Below are positions 53,801 to 64,000 of a stretch of DNA of 64,000 nt, in pieces. Location of the stretch: assembly GCF_001194135.2 (NCBI RefSeq), contig NC_068982.1, positions 150,826,442-150,890,441 on the forward strand, given 5' to 3'. This stretch comes from Octopus bimaculoides (Eukaryota). The translations under genes and the position numbers were made by a program. How positions within the stretch are numbered: the first letter of the stretch is position 1; each line of letters begins with the position of its first letter. The notes under the pieces are model-generated. The model ran no database searches and was not told the origin of the DNA. It was given only the letters and a program-made list of their open reading frames with translations.

Positions 53801-56800
53801 AAGGTCCCACGAGCACAAACAAGGAATGATTTGGTATCTAATTGAGATACTGGAATAGAAAACAAAAACGAAAAAAGTAGAACAAGAAAATCTTTTATAT
53901 AATTGTCTTTACAGAGGTATGGTGTCTTCTTGCCTCAGATACCAAACACTAGATAGGTACTTAGTGATGAGCTCTTATGCTACTTGTGTCAGTCTACCAG
54001 GACAAGACATTCTTAAACATCAACTTCAAGGTAATCTCTTACAGTAAGATCAGTATTTAGAAGGACAAACAGATGTAAAGTTTGTTTAGAACAACATACC
54101 TGTGTACAGTTAGTTAAGGACAGTAAATGACAGAATGACTAGAGCCTTAGACATAATGTGTTCTGATATTTATTCTGAGACCCAAGAAGACATAGAATGA
54201 TGTATTGAAATCTTATCTCAAGATGCTGAGCCATACAGAGATGACAAAGGACTAAGGTGATTTGCATTTTGCAGTGCTCCAGAAAACCTGTCCATTACAG
54301 CCAAAAGATAGTATCCTTAAATCAATCTATTATGCCTTTATACATGGGGCACCACCCCTACTTTCTTTCGCTCTGACATATTAAGCATTTCCCCACAATT
54401 CTTATCACCTAACATCCATCACTCCCTCTTCTATGGCACTACTTGGCTGCTGTAGTCACCAATGAGCCAAACTGGCACATATTACACTCCTCCCTTCTGG
54501 TTACCTCTTCCTCCTCCCCTCTCCCTCCTCCCCTCTCCCTCCTGGAACCACTTCCATTCACCATTATCATCCCTACCTACCCTATTTCTACCAATCACAT
54601 CTTTGCTATGCCTTCAGCCACCAGTGTCAGTGGCATGAAAAAAAAAACTATCCAGTACACTCTGTAAAGTGGCTGGTGCTAGGAAAGACATTCAGCCATA
54701 GAAACTGTATCAAAGATGACACTAGAGCTCAACATGGCCTTGCATTTTGCCAGACTCTGACAAACCATCCAACACATGCCAATATGGAAAATGATAATGA
54801 TGATGATCCCTTTATATTTATATGTTAAATTCTGCTATGAGATGATAAACTTTCATCTCACAATTTTTGATAAAATAATGACTGGTAATACACCACCAGT
54901 TAATTCAATTCATTATTCTTCCATCCTATAAATTTGCAAGAAACCAGTATTTTCTTGTGATACTCACAAGCCACATCTATACTATAACGGAGAAAGTTGC
55001 TTATTAATTAGATTTGTAACAATTACTAAAAGTACTAAAAGAAAGCAATTATTAAAGGATTGACCAACTGGAAATATTTTTATAATTTCATCATCATCAT
55101 CATCATCATCATCTGAGAAATTTCCTATAATTTTGATTTCTCAAGTTTACTGAATTTTAAAAATTCCAATTTCTTGCAAATTTAAATATTTACTTTATCC
55201 AATTCACCACAAATTTAAATATTCACTGCAGAGTATCTCATTTTCATTTGCAAGGTCTCTTACTTTCTCTTTTAAGTTTTAATTTGCTATTAATGTATAT
55301 GTAATGTAAAAACATTATTTATTGAATGAAAATTTTAAAAAATATCTGTATAATTTTTGAATGTGGGATAGCTGTAAGAAGAGCCTAGAAAGTTGGGTAA
55401 TTACTATTTGAAGACGAGGACAAAAAGAAAAAGTTACCGACAAGTACTCAAAACTTGCACCTTATTCACAGTTTCCAAACACAACTTCAACAGGAACACC
55501 ACACACACCAATACACACTCGCACACACACATAAGATACATATACACACAAATGAAAAGCAATGAATAAATGTGTGTGTGTGTGTGTGTGTGTGTGCATG
55601 TGCTATTCACTGAAAAAGCTTCGTGCTGCATCACTTTTGTGAAGTTTTGTCAGTGAACAGGTTGCGGTTTCAAAGTGACGAAAATATTTTGACACAAATG
55701 AAGTTTTAATGTTGGAGTGAAACTAACGGTATTTGTGTGTTCTTGAATGTTCTTGAATGGTTTACAAACATCTCCCACACTGCAATTGTTTTTGTTTCAG
55801 CACATGATCTCAGATCAAGTCACTTGCTATGCGAATACATCTCTGTAATCTTTTTAAATCACTGTGGATAAATGCCAGTAATGACCTTCTCAGACTCTCC
55901 AATATTTTAATTTCTTAACAGAAACAATCAGGGGCAGGGAGTGGGGTTGCAAAAAATTCATACATGTAAGAGTGACAAAGAAATGAGGAGGNNNNNNNNN
56001 NNNNNNNNNNNNNNNNNNNNNNNNNNNNNNNNNNNNNNNNNNNNNNNNNNNNNNNNNNNNNNNNNNNNNNNNNNNNNNNNNNNNNNNNNNNNNNNNNNNN
56101 NNNNNNNNNNNNNNNNNNNNNNNNNNNNNNNNNNNNNNNNNNNNNNNNNNNNNNNNNNNNNNNNNNNNNNNNNNNNNNNNNNNNNNNNNNNNNNNNNNNN
56201 NNNNNNNNNNNNNNNNNNNNNNNNNNNNNNNNNNNNNNNNNNNNNNNNNNNNNNNCCCCATCATTTTGAAGGCTGTGGTTTAAAAAAAAATGGGGAAAAT
56301 CCCTGAAAAATATTTCCCCCACAAATTTCTTTATAATCATAATCTATGCTGTTTGAAAGGGATCTGTATAAATTTTCATTAAAAGATACCCATCTTCCTG
56401 AAAGTTATGAGGGAAAAATTTCAGATTGTGTGAATTTTCTGAAACTCCTCTCTCCACTCCCTCGCAAAAATTCTTTCCCATAAATTCCTATATACTCTGA
56501 AGCCACAACATCTAAGTGATATTTGTAGAAAATTTTGTTAAAAAGTATCCATTTTTCTGGATGTTATGAAGCAACAAAGTCAGGGGTGAACATATCTGTA
56601 GTAATGCCCTTTTATTTATACAATACTTTTATTTCATGTTTGTTTCATTCATTGTTTGCAAAGTTCTCTCTCTCTCTCACACATACACTGCAAAGCTTAC
56701 AAATGGACTGCTGAACTGAAATCTCTATGTTGCTTTTAAGGGAAGGTAAAACTCGACAAATTGCATCTCCCTCTGTTGTTGGACTACCGTGATGTTTGTT

Positions 56801-59800
56801 AAAACAAGAGAGATTATGACTATGATAAAAGAATGAAAGCAATATTTACTAAGCAAGTGAGCACTATTATACAAAGAAATAATTGGACGTAAAATATAAA
56901 AATTCTAAGAAATGGGAATCAAATAAATATAAACTGAAGTGTTACCATCATTTTTTGTAGCGTTTGAGACAAATTTTTGGAGTTCAGTGACAGACATCCT
57001 GAGAGATTCATTCAAATTTTGACTGGTTAATAACTGAAGCAAGCCTTTAGGTTTGCCTTCATCTAAATTCTTTGAAAGACAATCTTTCAAAATAAAAAGA
57101 AAGGAATATATTAGTTTCATTTATAATTATTTTTAGGAGATTCTTTACTTGGACTAGCAAATAACCATGAATGGGTTATCTGCCAGTTTCAATTCTTGAT
57201 CATGGTGTCTTTAACCTTTGAATATAGATTTGAAGNNNNNNNNNNGATGAAAATATTTAAGAGAGTGGAATCTGAGCTGACAATGCTTACTTTTCAGAAA
57301 GACAACAGCGATTAAAAAAAAAAAAACTAGAAGTAACATCAATTAATTGAGAAAACTAAGCTAGACCTGCTTTGATAGGAGAATAGAAATAATACAAAAT
57401 GAAAAAAAAAATTGATGTAAGCAGGAAACAAAATAGTAATAATAGTTTTTTCAAAATATTTGTGAGAAGGGAACAGCTGATTATATTAACTCTGGTATTT
57501 GACTAGTACTTTATTTTATCAACCACAGAAAGATGACAGAATGTTGGCCATGACAGGATTTGAACTTGGACACAATTTGTCCTTGACGAGTCTCTCCCCC
57601 TCTCCCCCATCAACTCATCTTCCTAACTCCTCCCTCTATCTCTATTCTAATTAAACTAGAATTAATATATTACTACAACTTTATTGAAATAAGAAAAAAG
57701 AAAAAAAAAGAGGGAGATGGCTCTATGCTTAAGAAGTTTGCTTCTCAACTACATGGGTTTGGTTTCAATTCTACAGTGCAATAATTTAGCATGAGCATTT
57801 TGCAACAATACTGAATTGACTAAAACCTTGTGAGTAATATTTGATAGATTAAATGTATAAAAGTCTGTCAGAAGGTCTGCTCATCTTCTTAATCAATCTC
57901 TTATTTTAACATTACCACCTAGCTCTTGAGTACCTTTAGCAGATTCTACTTTGTTTCAAGTATATGGATCAGGTGTCTGAGGATAATATTTCCCTTTCCT
58001 CTCATGAATTTCAGAGCTCAGTAACTGATTAAACCATAACAAAAAAAAAACTAGTGAAAAAAATGTTGGCAGTATCTAAACTCGGAATGTTAAAGTATAA
58101 AGCTGATTAAGATTTCCTGTGACACTCCATGCATTATGGTAATTGCTACTTCAAATCGAAATGAATGGTTTACATAAGTAAATATCAAGCAAAGTAACAG
58201 AGATTTCTTGAAGAGTTTCTTGGAATTAAATCATTTGTAAAGAAGACAAATCATCATGCTTTCTGCTACTGGGAATTGATGATAAAAGATTAGTAATAGT
58301 TGTGAAAACAACAGTCCTCGTCAATGACCTCATTTGCATATTTCATACAAACAACACTACTAGTAGTAATCCTTTTATATATTACTCCTCCTATTTTTAA
58401 AAGAAGACAGTAAACTCAAAGGCTATAAAAATGTAGAAGACAAAAGTTTATCAAATAAAACATGGATTATTGCTTTACTTGCTTTAGGCAATCTTCTGTG
58501 AACATCAAAGAAAGAGATGTGTATGTTCACACTATTGCCATGAGTGCAAAAATAATAATAATAGCAATGATGATGATGATGATAAAAGAATTAGAGGGAA
58601 AAGAAATTCCCTACTAATTGCTTGAAATAAATACTGTGGGTTGCTGTTATTTAGCCTGAGGTTAAGCCTATTATCATAGCAGACATGTGATCAAATGCAT
58701 TCACATCTATTTTTGACAGGTGTATCTAGGACTACATTATTCCATATGTCCTACATTTTTTAAAAGACAGTAGGGAGTTGATTTGAGGGAGATTTGGCAG
58801 CTATTTCTAGCAGAATAAGTGATTGTATAGAGGCTCCCTTAATTGCTGAAAATAGTCTATCTATTTGAGCCATTCAGCATGACTTTAGAGAAGTTCAATT
58901 AATTTAAGTTTGAAGAAATTTTTAGATTATCATATATTCTGAGACAGTAGCCTTTCTGTACAAGTCTTTGCTAGATATTTGACAGAAGAGTAATACCTAC
59001 AAAGCCAGTGAATTAGCAGAATCATTAGAGCACCAGATAGAATGCCCTGTGGTATTCCTTTAAACTTTCTGCACTCTGAGATTGAATCCCACTGAGATTC
59101 CATTCTCTCTCTGCCAAAAGTGTCTATTCTGTTACTCACTCCACTATCACTCCTGCCACTCTTCTCATTATACTTAATTATACTCTTCTCATTATACTTA
59201 ATCCTTCTCATTACCTTCCTTAAAATCATAATACACCCTCTCCCTTCTATTCCCCTCCATTTATCAGAGTCTCTTCATGCCCTGTAGACTTGCAAGTTGC
59301 AAAGCAACCTCACTAGTGGTAGTGCTATGAAAAAAAAGCACTCAGTACACTCAGTAAAGCGGCTGGCATTATGGAGGGTATCCAGCTGCAGAAACCATGT
59401 CAAAATGGACGTTGATGTTGAAATGATTGCCCAGTCTGATCCAGTCTGAACCCATGATCTAGCAGTTGAGTGCAACACCTAACCATTGAGGTATGTGCTT
59501 TTATAGGCACATGGCCAAAAATTTTAATACATGCCTAACAAACATAAAATCTAATTCATGATATAGTTCTGCACTATTAATTTACAGTATTAATTTATTT
59601 AACGATATAAATAAAGTAAAAATTTTTTCTTCATTGAAAATCCTAGTTCAATCAGACATTCATTTCTCATGTTTGGAATGTAAGCAATGACAATTTGATG
59701 GGGGTGGGGGTGGATGAGGTAATATGCAGCAAATAATATCATTTCAAGTTAAATTTAATGTTTTTTTTTGTTTGAAAGACAACAATGATATAAAAGTTTT

Positions 59801-60670
59801 GAAAAACTTTACCTGAAAAGGAATCCAGAAAGTTTTGATCAATGATTGCTTGAACCCTCAGAGAAACAGGCCCTAAGGCTATGTCAAAAGCTGAAAGTAG
59901 TGGTTTGTTGGTCCTCGACAGAAAAATTAGACGGTTAGCAGCCAAAATAACAATAACATAGCAACGGAACCTCAGTATAGGAGATTTTTTATAGCTGAAT
60001 TTGTTGTGAGGTTTGTTCTTGCTATCTTCTTCAAATTTCAACAACTGACAGCTAAAACTCTGAATTAAAAGGCGTAGATGAGTAAATGTTGTCTCACTTC
60101 TTTTGATGGATTCTTTTAAAATATAACACTGCATAATTAAATCAAGAATTTGTGTATATAATGGAGTGAGAAGACCAGAAAGTAGACAACAGACTATTTG
60201 TAGCTGAGCATTATGTGTTGTATGCATATAGAGCAGTTCTTGAACTTTTTTGCACTTAGATTCCAGTTCTTTGTGAATGTTGCTAGAACACTTCATTTTA
60301 TCAATGGCCTTTTCTGCTATTGCTTGCTTATCCTAGATAAATACAAAACAATAATGAAATCAGAATATATTTTTAAAAATTTGTATGTTTTAGTCTGAAG
60401 AGTGAAAACAGCAACCAGCTGTTTATCAAAAAGTTTCATCAAAAAGTTTTCTACAGTATATATAACAATAACCAACATGTTTCAACTGCAGCAACTACAC
60501 ATTGCTCTGTATGCAATCATGCATCTTAGTCACTGCAATTTCATCAAGGGTCCATCACTTACGATGTTTTCAAAGTGAACTAATTCAAACAAGCATTGGT
60601 ATTCAGTTGAATGTGATAGCGTTACTTTTTAAGTCAAATTGAATTCTGGTCTTATAATCACCTCTACTGG

Positions 60671-60707
<37 letters not shown>

Positions 60708-61502
60708 TATACATATGCATGTACATGTGTGCACGCACGCATGCACACACACACACACACGCACAAACACATCATCATCATCACCATTGTTTTAACACCA
60801 GCTATTCCATGCTTGCATGGGTTGGCTGGAATTTGTCGAGGGAGACTTTCTATTGTTGGATATCTTTCGTGTCACTAACCATCACTTGTTTTCAAGTAAG
60901 GTAATATTACCCCATGATGAAACATGTTTTCATGGAAGATTAGAAACAAAACACATGCAACAGTTCACTGGCTTCCCAGCTCCTGTCAAACTGTTCAACC
61001 CATGCCAGCATGGAAAATGGACATGAAATGATGATGATGATGATAATGCTTCATACTTAAATTTATTTTGTATTTCTAAAACACCCAGGCAATATGTACT
61101 ATGAATCAGATGGTTAATTTTTATAAAACTTGATATATAAAAATTAGCTGTCTTATTTGTAGAGAAACCTAAATATCTTAGAAACATTAACAAATTTAAG
61201 TGCTTGAAACAATATGTGTATATTTGTGTGCGTGTGTGTCTGTGTGTTTATGTATGTGTGTGTGTATGTGTGTGTACAACCCAACCAGACAGACAGCGTG
61301 ATTCTTACACAGAAATTCAGTTAGATAAACAAGTAGATAGACAGCCAGCAAGTTAAATAGAAAGATGGATAGATAGATAGATAATTAAACAGATGGATGG
61401 ATAAAAAGACAGATAAACAGTGAGATAGATAGATAGATAGACAGACAGACAGGCAGGCAGACAGACAGACAGGCAGGCAGACAGACAGACAGACAGACAG
61501 AC

Positions 61503-61545
<43 letters not shown>

Positions 61546-62163
61546 CAGGTAGACAGATAGATACTAACAGCTGGTCATTCATCTCACAGCTACTTTTTCC
61601 ACCACAAATGTGAACCATGAGGCCAATCAACCAGACAATCTTGTGAGCAGAAGCAACAGGTGATGTCATGTCTGCTGATCCACAAAGGTCAAGTTGTTAT
61701 AGATGATGTCATTATACATACATGCATACATTATATACATACATACATACATACATAAATATGTATGTAATGCATAGATAATTACACACACACATATGCG
61801 TGTGCACACACACATATGCGTGTGCACACACACATATGCGTGTGCACACACACATGCATGTACACACACACACACACACACACACACGCGGAGAGGGAAT
61901 GAGAAAAAAGAAATGTAAATGATGAAAAATTATAACTTTGTAAAATCATGAAAAAATGAAAGCCTACTACATACCTTAATCTGATTGTTAATTACCCTAA
62001 GTTCATTTTCATATTGGCTCTGAATTTCAGTTTTCTGTTTCTGCCATGTCAGTTCTCTTTCTTTAGACAGAGTCATCATGTGGCTTAGTTGCTCTTCGTA
62101 TGACTTTTGTAAACCTGTTATACAACTCTCTTTTTGACGTAGACTATCTTCAAGATGGGACAC
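25425..62163 (-). CDS. CCDC171: CCDC171-like coiled-coil protein, partial; 10 exons, 637 codons
   Basis: Exons 62163-61975, 60332-59813, 57083-56946, 53849-53632, 50920-50738, 48117-47926, 46341-46196, 39935-39881, 27643-27521, 25571-25425 all have AG/GT ends with compatible phases and give one open frame. Peptides [58 protein letters not shown] match, in order, my recollection of vertebrate CCDC171 (FRKGVIAVLAANRL, KDSLVQRLAHGL, LREEQAQMLLNEQAQQL, PEVVACQ/AMIKSF). Confidence 0.88.
25770..26372 (+). mobile_element. RTE LINE 3' end plus tail
   Basis: gagagaagactgcactggtttggtcatgtg (RRLHWFGHV), GRGRLRKTW-like; ends ggacgttaaataatgataatg. Confidence 0.88.
26405..26703. mobile_element. Putative hAT-like MITE in a TA microsatellite
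   Basis: Ends cagtagcagact / tgtctgccactg are imperfect TIRs starting CAG; 8-bp TSD not clean. Confidence 0.4.
26940..27425 (+). mobile_element. RTE-tail fragment followed by CORE-like tRNA SINE
   Basis: Tail ends gatgatgatg at ~27045; then tgtgataagaagtttgcttcccaaccacatggttccaggttcagcccc..cttgagcaagtgt. Confidence 0.7.
27521..27643 (-). CDS. CCDC171: CCDC171-like exon, 123 nt, phase 0/0 (VKEQISFS...APELIACQ)
   Basis: Acceptor ttatttcttcag|GTG, donor CAA|gtaagt; resembles VRDQISLS...PEVVACQ. Confidence 0.88.
27900..28083 (+). mobile_element. Young RTE-tail SINE copy
   Basis: CpG-retaining; near-identical reverse complement of 23420-23600 and 36836-36970. Confidence 0.9.
28802..30081 (-). 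mobile_element. Full-length (~1.28 kb) defective mariner
   Basis: TIRs caagggttggttgaaaagttcataggctgac / gtcagcctatgaacttttcagcccaccctta with TA TSD; disrupted transposase with [41 protein letters not shown]. Confidence 0.93.
30720..30840 (+). mobile_element. SINE 3' tail (gactgaaacaagtaaaaga type)
   Basis: aaataagtactggggtcaattcatttga..cagcatggccacagtctaatgactgaaacaagtaaaagataaaag; also at 36180-36275. Confidence 0.6.
30965..31260 (-). mobile_element. RTE-tail SINE-like copy
   Basis: (TCA)n tail then tttaatgtctattttccatgctggc..cttcctaatgccaaccac. Confidence 0.75.
34034..34078 (+). ncRNA. Decayed minimal hammerhead motif at a probable Penelope-like 3' end
   Basis: tct-CUGAUAA-gagauau/auaucuc-a-GAAAC-AACU-GUA-aga; same topology as 653-789 with core G>A and AGCU>AACU. 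Confidence 0.5.
34180..34680 (-). mobile_element. Mariner relic (N-terminal transposase part)
   Basis: [39 protein letters not shown] resembles the WVPRLL and TGDETW motifs. Confidence 0.8.
35820..36275 (+). mobile_element. CORE-like tRNA SINE with internal (CATA)n
   Basis: A box gtggttgtgtggttaag, B box gagttcagtcc, ggcaccttggacaagtgtcttc (CORE-like), tail gactgaaacaagtaaaag. Confidence 0.8.
36834..37215 (-). mobile_element. Young RTE-tail SINE copy
   Basis: Near-identical to 23465-23760, with an A-rich insertion at ~37048-37067. Confidence 0.88.
37277..38636. mobile_element. Non-autonomous pogo/Tigger-like DNA element, 1.36 kb
   Basis: TIRs ccataaaaactcatgtaatttacgcac / gtgcgcaaattacatggctttttacag, TA on both sides; subterminal inverted copies of the TIR core; no transposase seen. 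Confidence 0.8.
38648..38990 (-). mobile_element. RTE-tail SINE-like copy
   Basis: (TCA)n tail and repeated gtgctttttatgtggtgccagca units. Confidence 0.75.
39273..39830 (-). mobile_element. RTE 3' end plus tail
   Basis: Reverse complement of gtagaggtagactcaggaagacatgg..tgaagcatgatcttcaaacattgggcctcacagaggca; (TCA)n tail. Confidence 0.82.
39881..39935 (-). CDS. CCDC171: CCDC171-like small exon, 55 nt, phase 2/0 ([18 protein letters not shown])
   Basis: Acceptor ttccttgttttag|A, donor AAG|gtatgt; supplies the phase needed between neighbours; resembles DKECVANHMRAVENTLHK. Confidence 0.82.
40200..40700 (+). mobile_element. Rearranged RTE RT/3' fragments
   Basis: aattacagagctatcaaattgtcg (NYRAIKLS) with an inverted partial copy; gaaagaaatgaagccagcat..aagagaggagactgcactgg. 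Confidence 0.6.
41190..42450 (+). mobile_element. RTE LINE 5' part: apurinic endonuclease domain and linker
   Basis: [66 protein letters not shown] are APE motifs; frameshifted. Confidence 0.88.
43911..44130. mobile_element. piggyBac-type MITE, 220 bp
   Basis: TTAA|CCCTT...AAGGG|TTAA. Confidence 0.75.
45430..46150 (-). mobile_element. Cluster of minus-strand SINEs (CORE-like and RTE-tail)
   Basis: ttctttcaatttctgtctaccaaatctactca..agaagacacttgcccaa (CORE-like) and a (TCA)n-tailed element at 45905-46150. Confidence 0.7.
46196..46341 (-). CDS. CCDC171: CCDC171-like exon, 146 nt, phase 0/2 ([16 protein letters not shown]...[12 protein letters not shown])
   Basis: Acceptor gtatttttag|ACT, donor CA|gtaagt; not in the ORF track, found by reading; resembles SLSEAKMELRRKDQSL...DAESALRMAA. 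Confidence 0.87.
47926..48117 (-). CDS. CCDC171: CCDC171-like exon, 192 nt, phase 0/0 ([13 protein letters not shown]...LSEVTE)
   Basis: Acceptor ttgtgtttag|CAA, donor GAA|gtatgt. Confidence 0.88.
48510..49123. mobile_element. Truncated inverted copy of the 37277-38636 pogo-like element
   Basis: TA|ccataaaaacccatgtaatttgtgcacc...; aligns by eye to the reverse complement of 37994-38636 at roughly 85-90%. Confidence 0.88.
50738..50920 (-). CDS. CCDC171: CCDC171-like exon, 183 nt, phase 0/0 (DMIQSLQNY...LKQLHER)
   Basis: Acceptor tttctttcaag|GAT, donor AGG|gtactc; heptad-rich peptide. Confidence 0.85.
51010..52190 (+). mobile_element. RTE LINE 3' half plus tail
   Basis: [34 protein letters not shown]-like; ends gatgatgatgacgatgatg. 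Confidence 0.9.
53632..53849 (-). CDS. CCDC171: CCDC171-like exon, 218 nt, phase 1/0 ([10 protein letters not shown]...[13 protein letters not shown]...LYQK)
   Basis: Acceptor ttctattccag|TA, donor AAA|gtaagt. Confidence 0.87.
54620..54810 (+). mobile_element. Old RTE-tail SINE copy
   Basis: cagtacactctgtaaagtggctggtgctaggaaagacattcagcc..catgccaatatggaaaatgataatgatg. Confidence 0.65.
56946..57083 (-). CDS. CCDC171: CCDC171-like exon, 138 nt, phase 1/1 (DCLSKNL...[22 protein letters not shown]...ND)
   Basis: Acceptor ttttgaaag|AT, donor G|gtaaca; resembles [22 protein letters not shown]. Confidence 0.85.
57715..57870 (+). mobile_element. Decayed CORE-like SINE
   Basis: ggctctatgcttaagaagtttgcttctcaactacatgggtttggtttcaattc..aaccttgtgagt. 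Confidence 0.55.
59813..60332 (-). CDS. CCDC171: CCDC171-like exon, 520 nt, phase 0/1 (DKQAIAEK...[16 protein letters not shown]...DSFS)
   Basis: Acceptor tttatctag|GAT, donor CAG|gtaaag; carries the most diagnostic motif. Confidence 0.9.
61420..61562. repeat. (AGAT)n/(AGAC)n/(AGGC) tetranucleotide microsatellite
   Basis: Direct reading. Confidence 0.95.
61785..61887. repeat. 20-bp minisatellite (atgcgtgtgcacacacacat), about 3-4 units
   Basis: Direct reading; the unit contains the palindrome gtgtgcacac. Confidence 0.9.
61975..62163 (-). CDS. CCDC171: CCDC171-like exon, 189 nt, phase 0/0 ([10 protein letters not shown]...VINNQIK)
   Basis: Acceptor ttttaaag|GTG, donor AAG|gtatgt; coiled-coil peptide. 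Confidence 0.8.
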
Positions 62164-62209
62164 CTTTAAAAACAACAACAATAAAAATAACAATAATAAT
62201 AATCCTTTC

Positions 62210-62420
62210 TACTAAAGGCACAAGGCCTGAAATTTATGGAGAGGGGACTAGTTGATTACATTGACCCCCAGTATCTTGCTGGTACTTAATTTATTGACCC
62301 CAAAAAGAAGAAAGGCAAAGTTGACCTTGGCGGAATTTGAACTCAGAATGTAGTGATGGGCAAAACACCACTAAGCATTTTGTCTGGCATGCTACTGATT
62401 CTGCCAACTCACCACCTTAA
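62210..62420 (-). mobile_element. tRNA-derived SINE (third family)
   Basis: Reverse-complement B box gagttcaaattcc; body gtacttaatttattgaccccaaaa..aaaggcaaagttgacc; related remnants at ~53400-53580, ~57500-57580 and ~63345-63420. Confidence 0.65.
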
Positions 62421-62449
62421 TGATAATAATGATAATAATAATAATAGTA

Positions 62450-63120
62450 ACAAGAACACTCAGAGAGCGCAAACCTCTGCCAACGAAACACCAACGTCTT
62501 CTCAATGATTAACTGGAGATGATTTTTAAAATGAGAATATCTGAAATATAAAAGACTGCTCTCACAAACGAGAATACTAAAAATGAACCCTATTGCTCTC
62601 AAATGGAAAAATAATCCAAATATATATATATTGAGTGAGAGGTGAAGGGAGAGGAGATGAAATACTAATACAGAGAAGGAGAAGTAGTGAGAGTAATAGT
62701 CATGACTGAGAGGGAGTGAGAGAAAGTAAGGACAATGAGAAAGGCAAAACAAGGTGGCAAAGAGAGCGTCGTATGAATGAGAAAGGAAGGGGTGATAGAT
62801 AAATAATGAAGGAAGGAGTGAAAAAGCCGATAAATGGCGTTTGAAGTGTGAGTATATGTGTGTATGTGTGTGCATGTACTAAAGAACTATGTGAAACTTT
62901 ACGTATACACGTAAAGAAAATATAAAAAGTAACGAGAATCCTTGTCCGGTACCAGATTGATCCCAAAATCGAATGAAACTGTGCCAATCTCATGGCCAAA
63001 CATCCCTGAAAGTTTCATCCAAATCCATCCAGCAGTTTTTGAGATATCTTGTCCATGGACAAATAAACAAACAAACAAACATGACTGAAAACAATACCTC
63101 CATCTTCACTAAGGCGGAGA
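62450..63120 (+). mobile_element. Helentron-associated HINE/DINE-like non-autonomous element
   Basis: Subterminal inverted motif acctctgccaa / aaggcggag, central microsatellite-like tract, and a 3' aagtttcatccaaatcc..gtttttgaga..aaacaaacaaac segment typical of such elements (from recall). Confidence 0.45.
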
Positions 63121-63345
63121 AATGGCTGAAAGAGACTGAAATAGAATGCCCAGTAGAGCTCCTACACAAAGTTTGTCTCTTAGAGACAGCAAGGATTATC
63201 AAGAGGGTTCTAAGCACTTGAAAGGCTGCTGAAGACTTGTGGATACCTAAGGTTACAGGTAGTAACTCACTATCCACATAATTCCAACCAGGAATAAGGC
63301 TGAACCTGAGCTAAACCAAAATGATGATAATAATAATACTGAAAT
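63115..63345 (+). mobile_element. R4/Dong-type LINE 3' end
   Basis: EKWLKETEIECPVELLHKVCLLETARIIKRVLST*, then 3' UTR ending atgatgataataataat. Confidence 0.75.
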
Positions 63346-63422
63346 TTAGGTTGATGGGATTTGACTAACACTTATTTTACCAATCCTGAAACGATGAAAG
63401 GTAAAGTTGACACCAGCAGAAA

Positions 63423-63423
<1 letters not shown>

Positions 63424-63492
<69 letters not shown>
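63424..63492. repeat. (ACT)n microsatellite
   Basis: Direct reading. Confidence 0.97.
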
Positions 63493-63493
<1 letters not shown>

Positions 63494-64000
63494 TTGAGAG
63501 AAAAAGTAGAAAGCTATTGACAATGTATGGAGTCCACCATCCAAAAGTTGATATTAACCGGTTGTACTTGAAAAGAAACCAGTGTGGAAGAGACTTGATG
63601 GCTGTGGAAGAGTGTGTACGGATGGAAAGAAAAGCTTATTAAGAATATCTACACAACTGCACAGAGAAATTACGAAAAGCAGTGAATAAAGGATTAGGTG
63701 ATCAAGTGTAAAAGAGGGGAAAAAGACAAGAATGAAATTCAAATAGAGCATGTTAAATAAACTGAAGAGAAATCTTTACATGGTCAGTTTTGGAAAGCAA
63801 CTGAGGATGTATGTGAAAATTTTTTTCTATCTGGGCTTGATTGTAAAAAGAAGCAGGGTGCTTTATCACAGAAGCCCAAGATGAGATAATTTGTGTATGG
63901 AGTGAAGGTGTCAGCAAAACGTAGAGTGGAATTTGGGATGAAACAATGACATGCATGCATGCTGAATGTCCTAAGTTGGCTCAGGGAGAATATATTGTGC
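63493..64000 (+). mobile_element. R4/Dong-type LINE fragment (post-RT region)
   Basis: RKSRKLLTMYGVHHPKVDINRLYLKRNQCGRDL, LHGQFW, EAQDE, HAECPKLAQGEY; runs off the window. Confidence 0.8.

Overview
AT-rich, repeat-dense, intron-rich animal DNA with five N-gaps. The repeat content (RTE LINEs with ATG/GAT-tailed SINE-like partners, CORE-like tRNA SINEs, abundant microsatellites) suggests an octopus/cephalopod genome; this is inference. The one host gene I can support is on the minus strand: ten GT-AG exons (62163 down to 25425, 1911 nt, 637 codons, consistent phases) encoding the C-terminal half of a CCDC171-like coiled-coil protein. Its 5' exons lie beyond the window and its terminal exon could not be fixed. 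Most other sequence is transposon-derived: RTE LINE fragments, R4/Dong-type RLE LINE fragments, three mariner relics, pogo-, Tc1- and piggyBac-type MITEs, a HINE-like element and SINEs. Highlights: (1) four minimal hammerhead-ribozyme motifs of Penelope type, one with an intact core (653-789) and two in a ~575-bp palindrome of head-to-head tRNA-headed units; (2) a stop-free read-through from the last CCDC171 exon found into a young RTE reverse transcriptase; (3) a C4HC3 PHD-type finger inside the RTE RT region; (4) two inverted-repeat pairs bracketing frame-neutral exon blocks. All similarity calls are from recall and by-eye alignment, not database searches.
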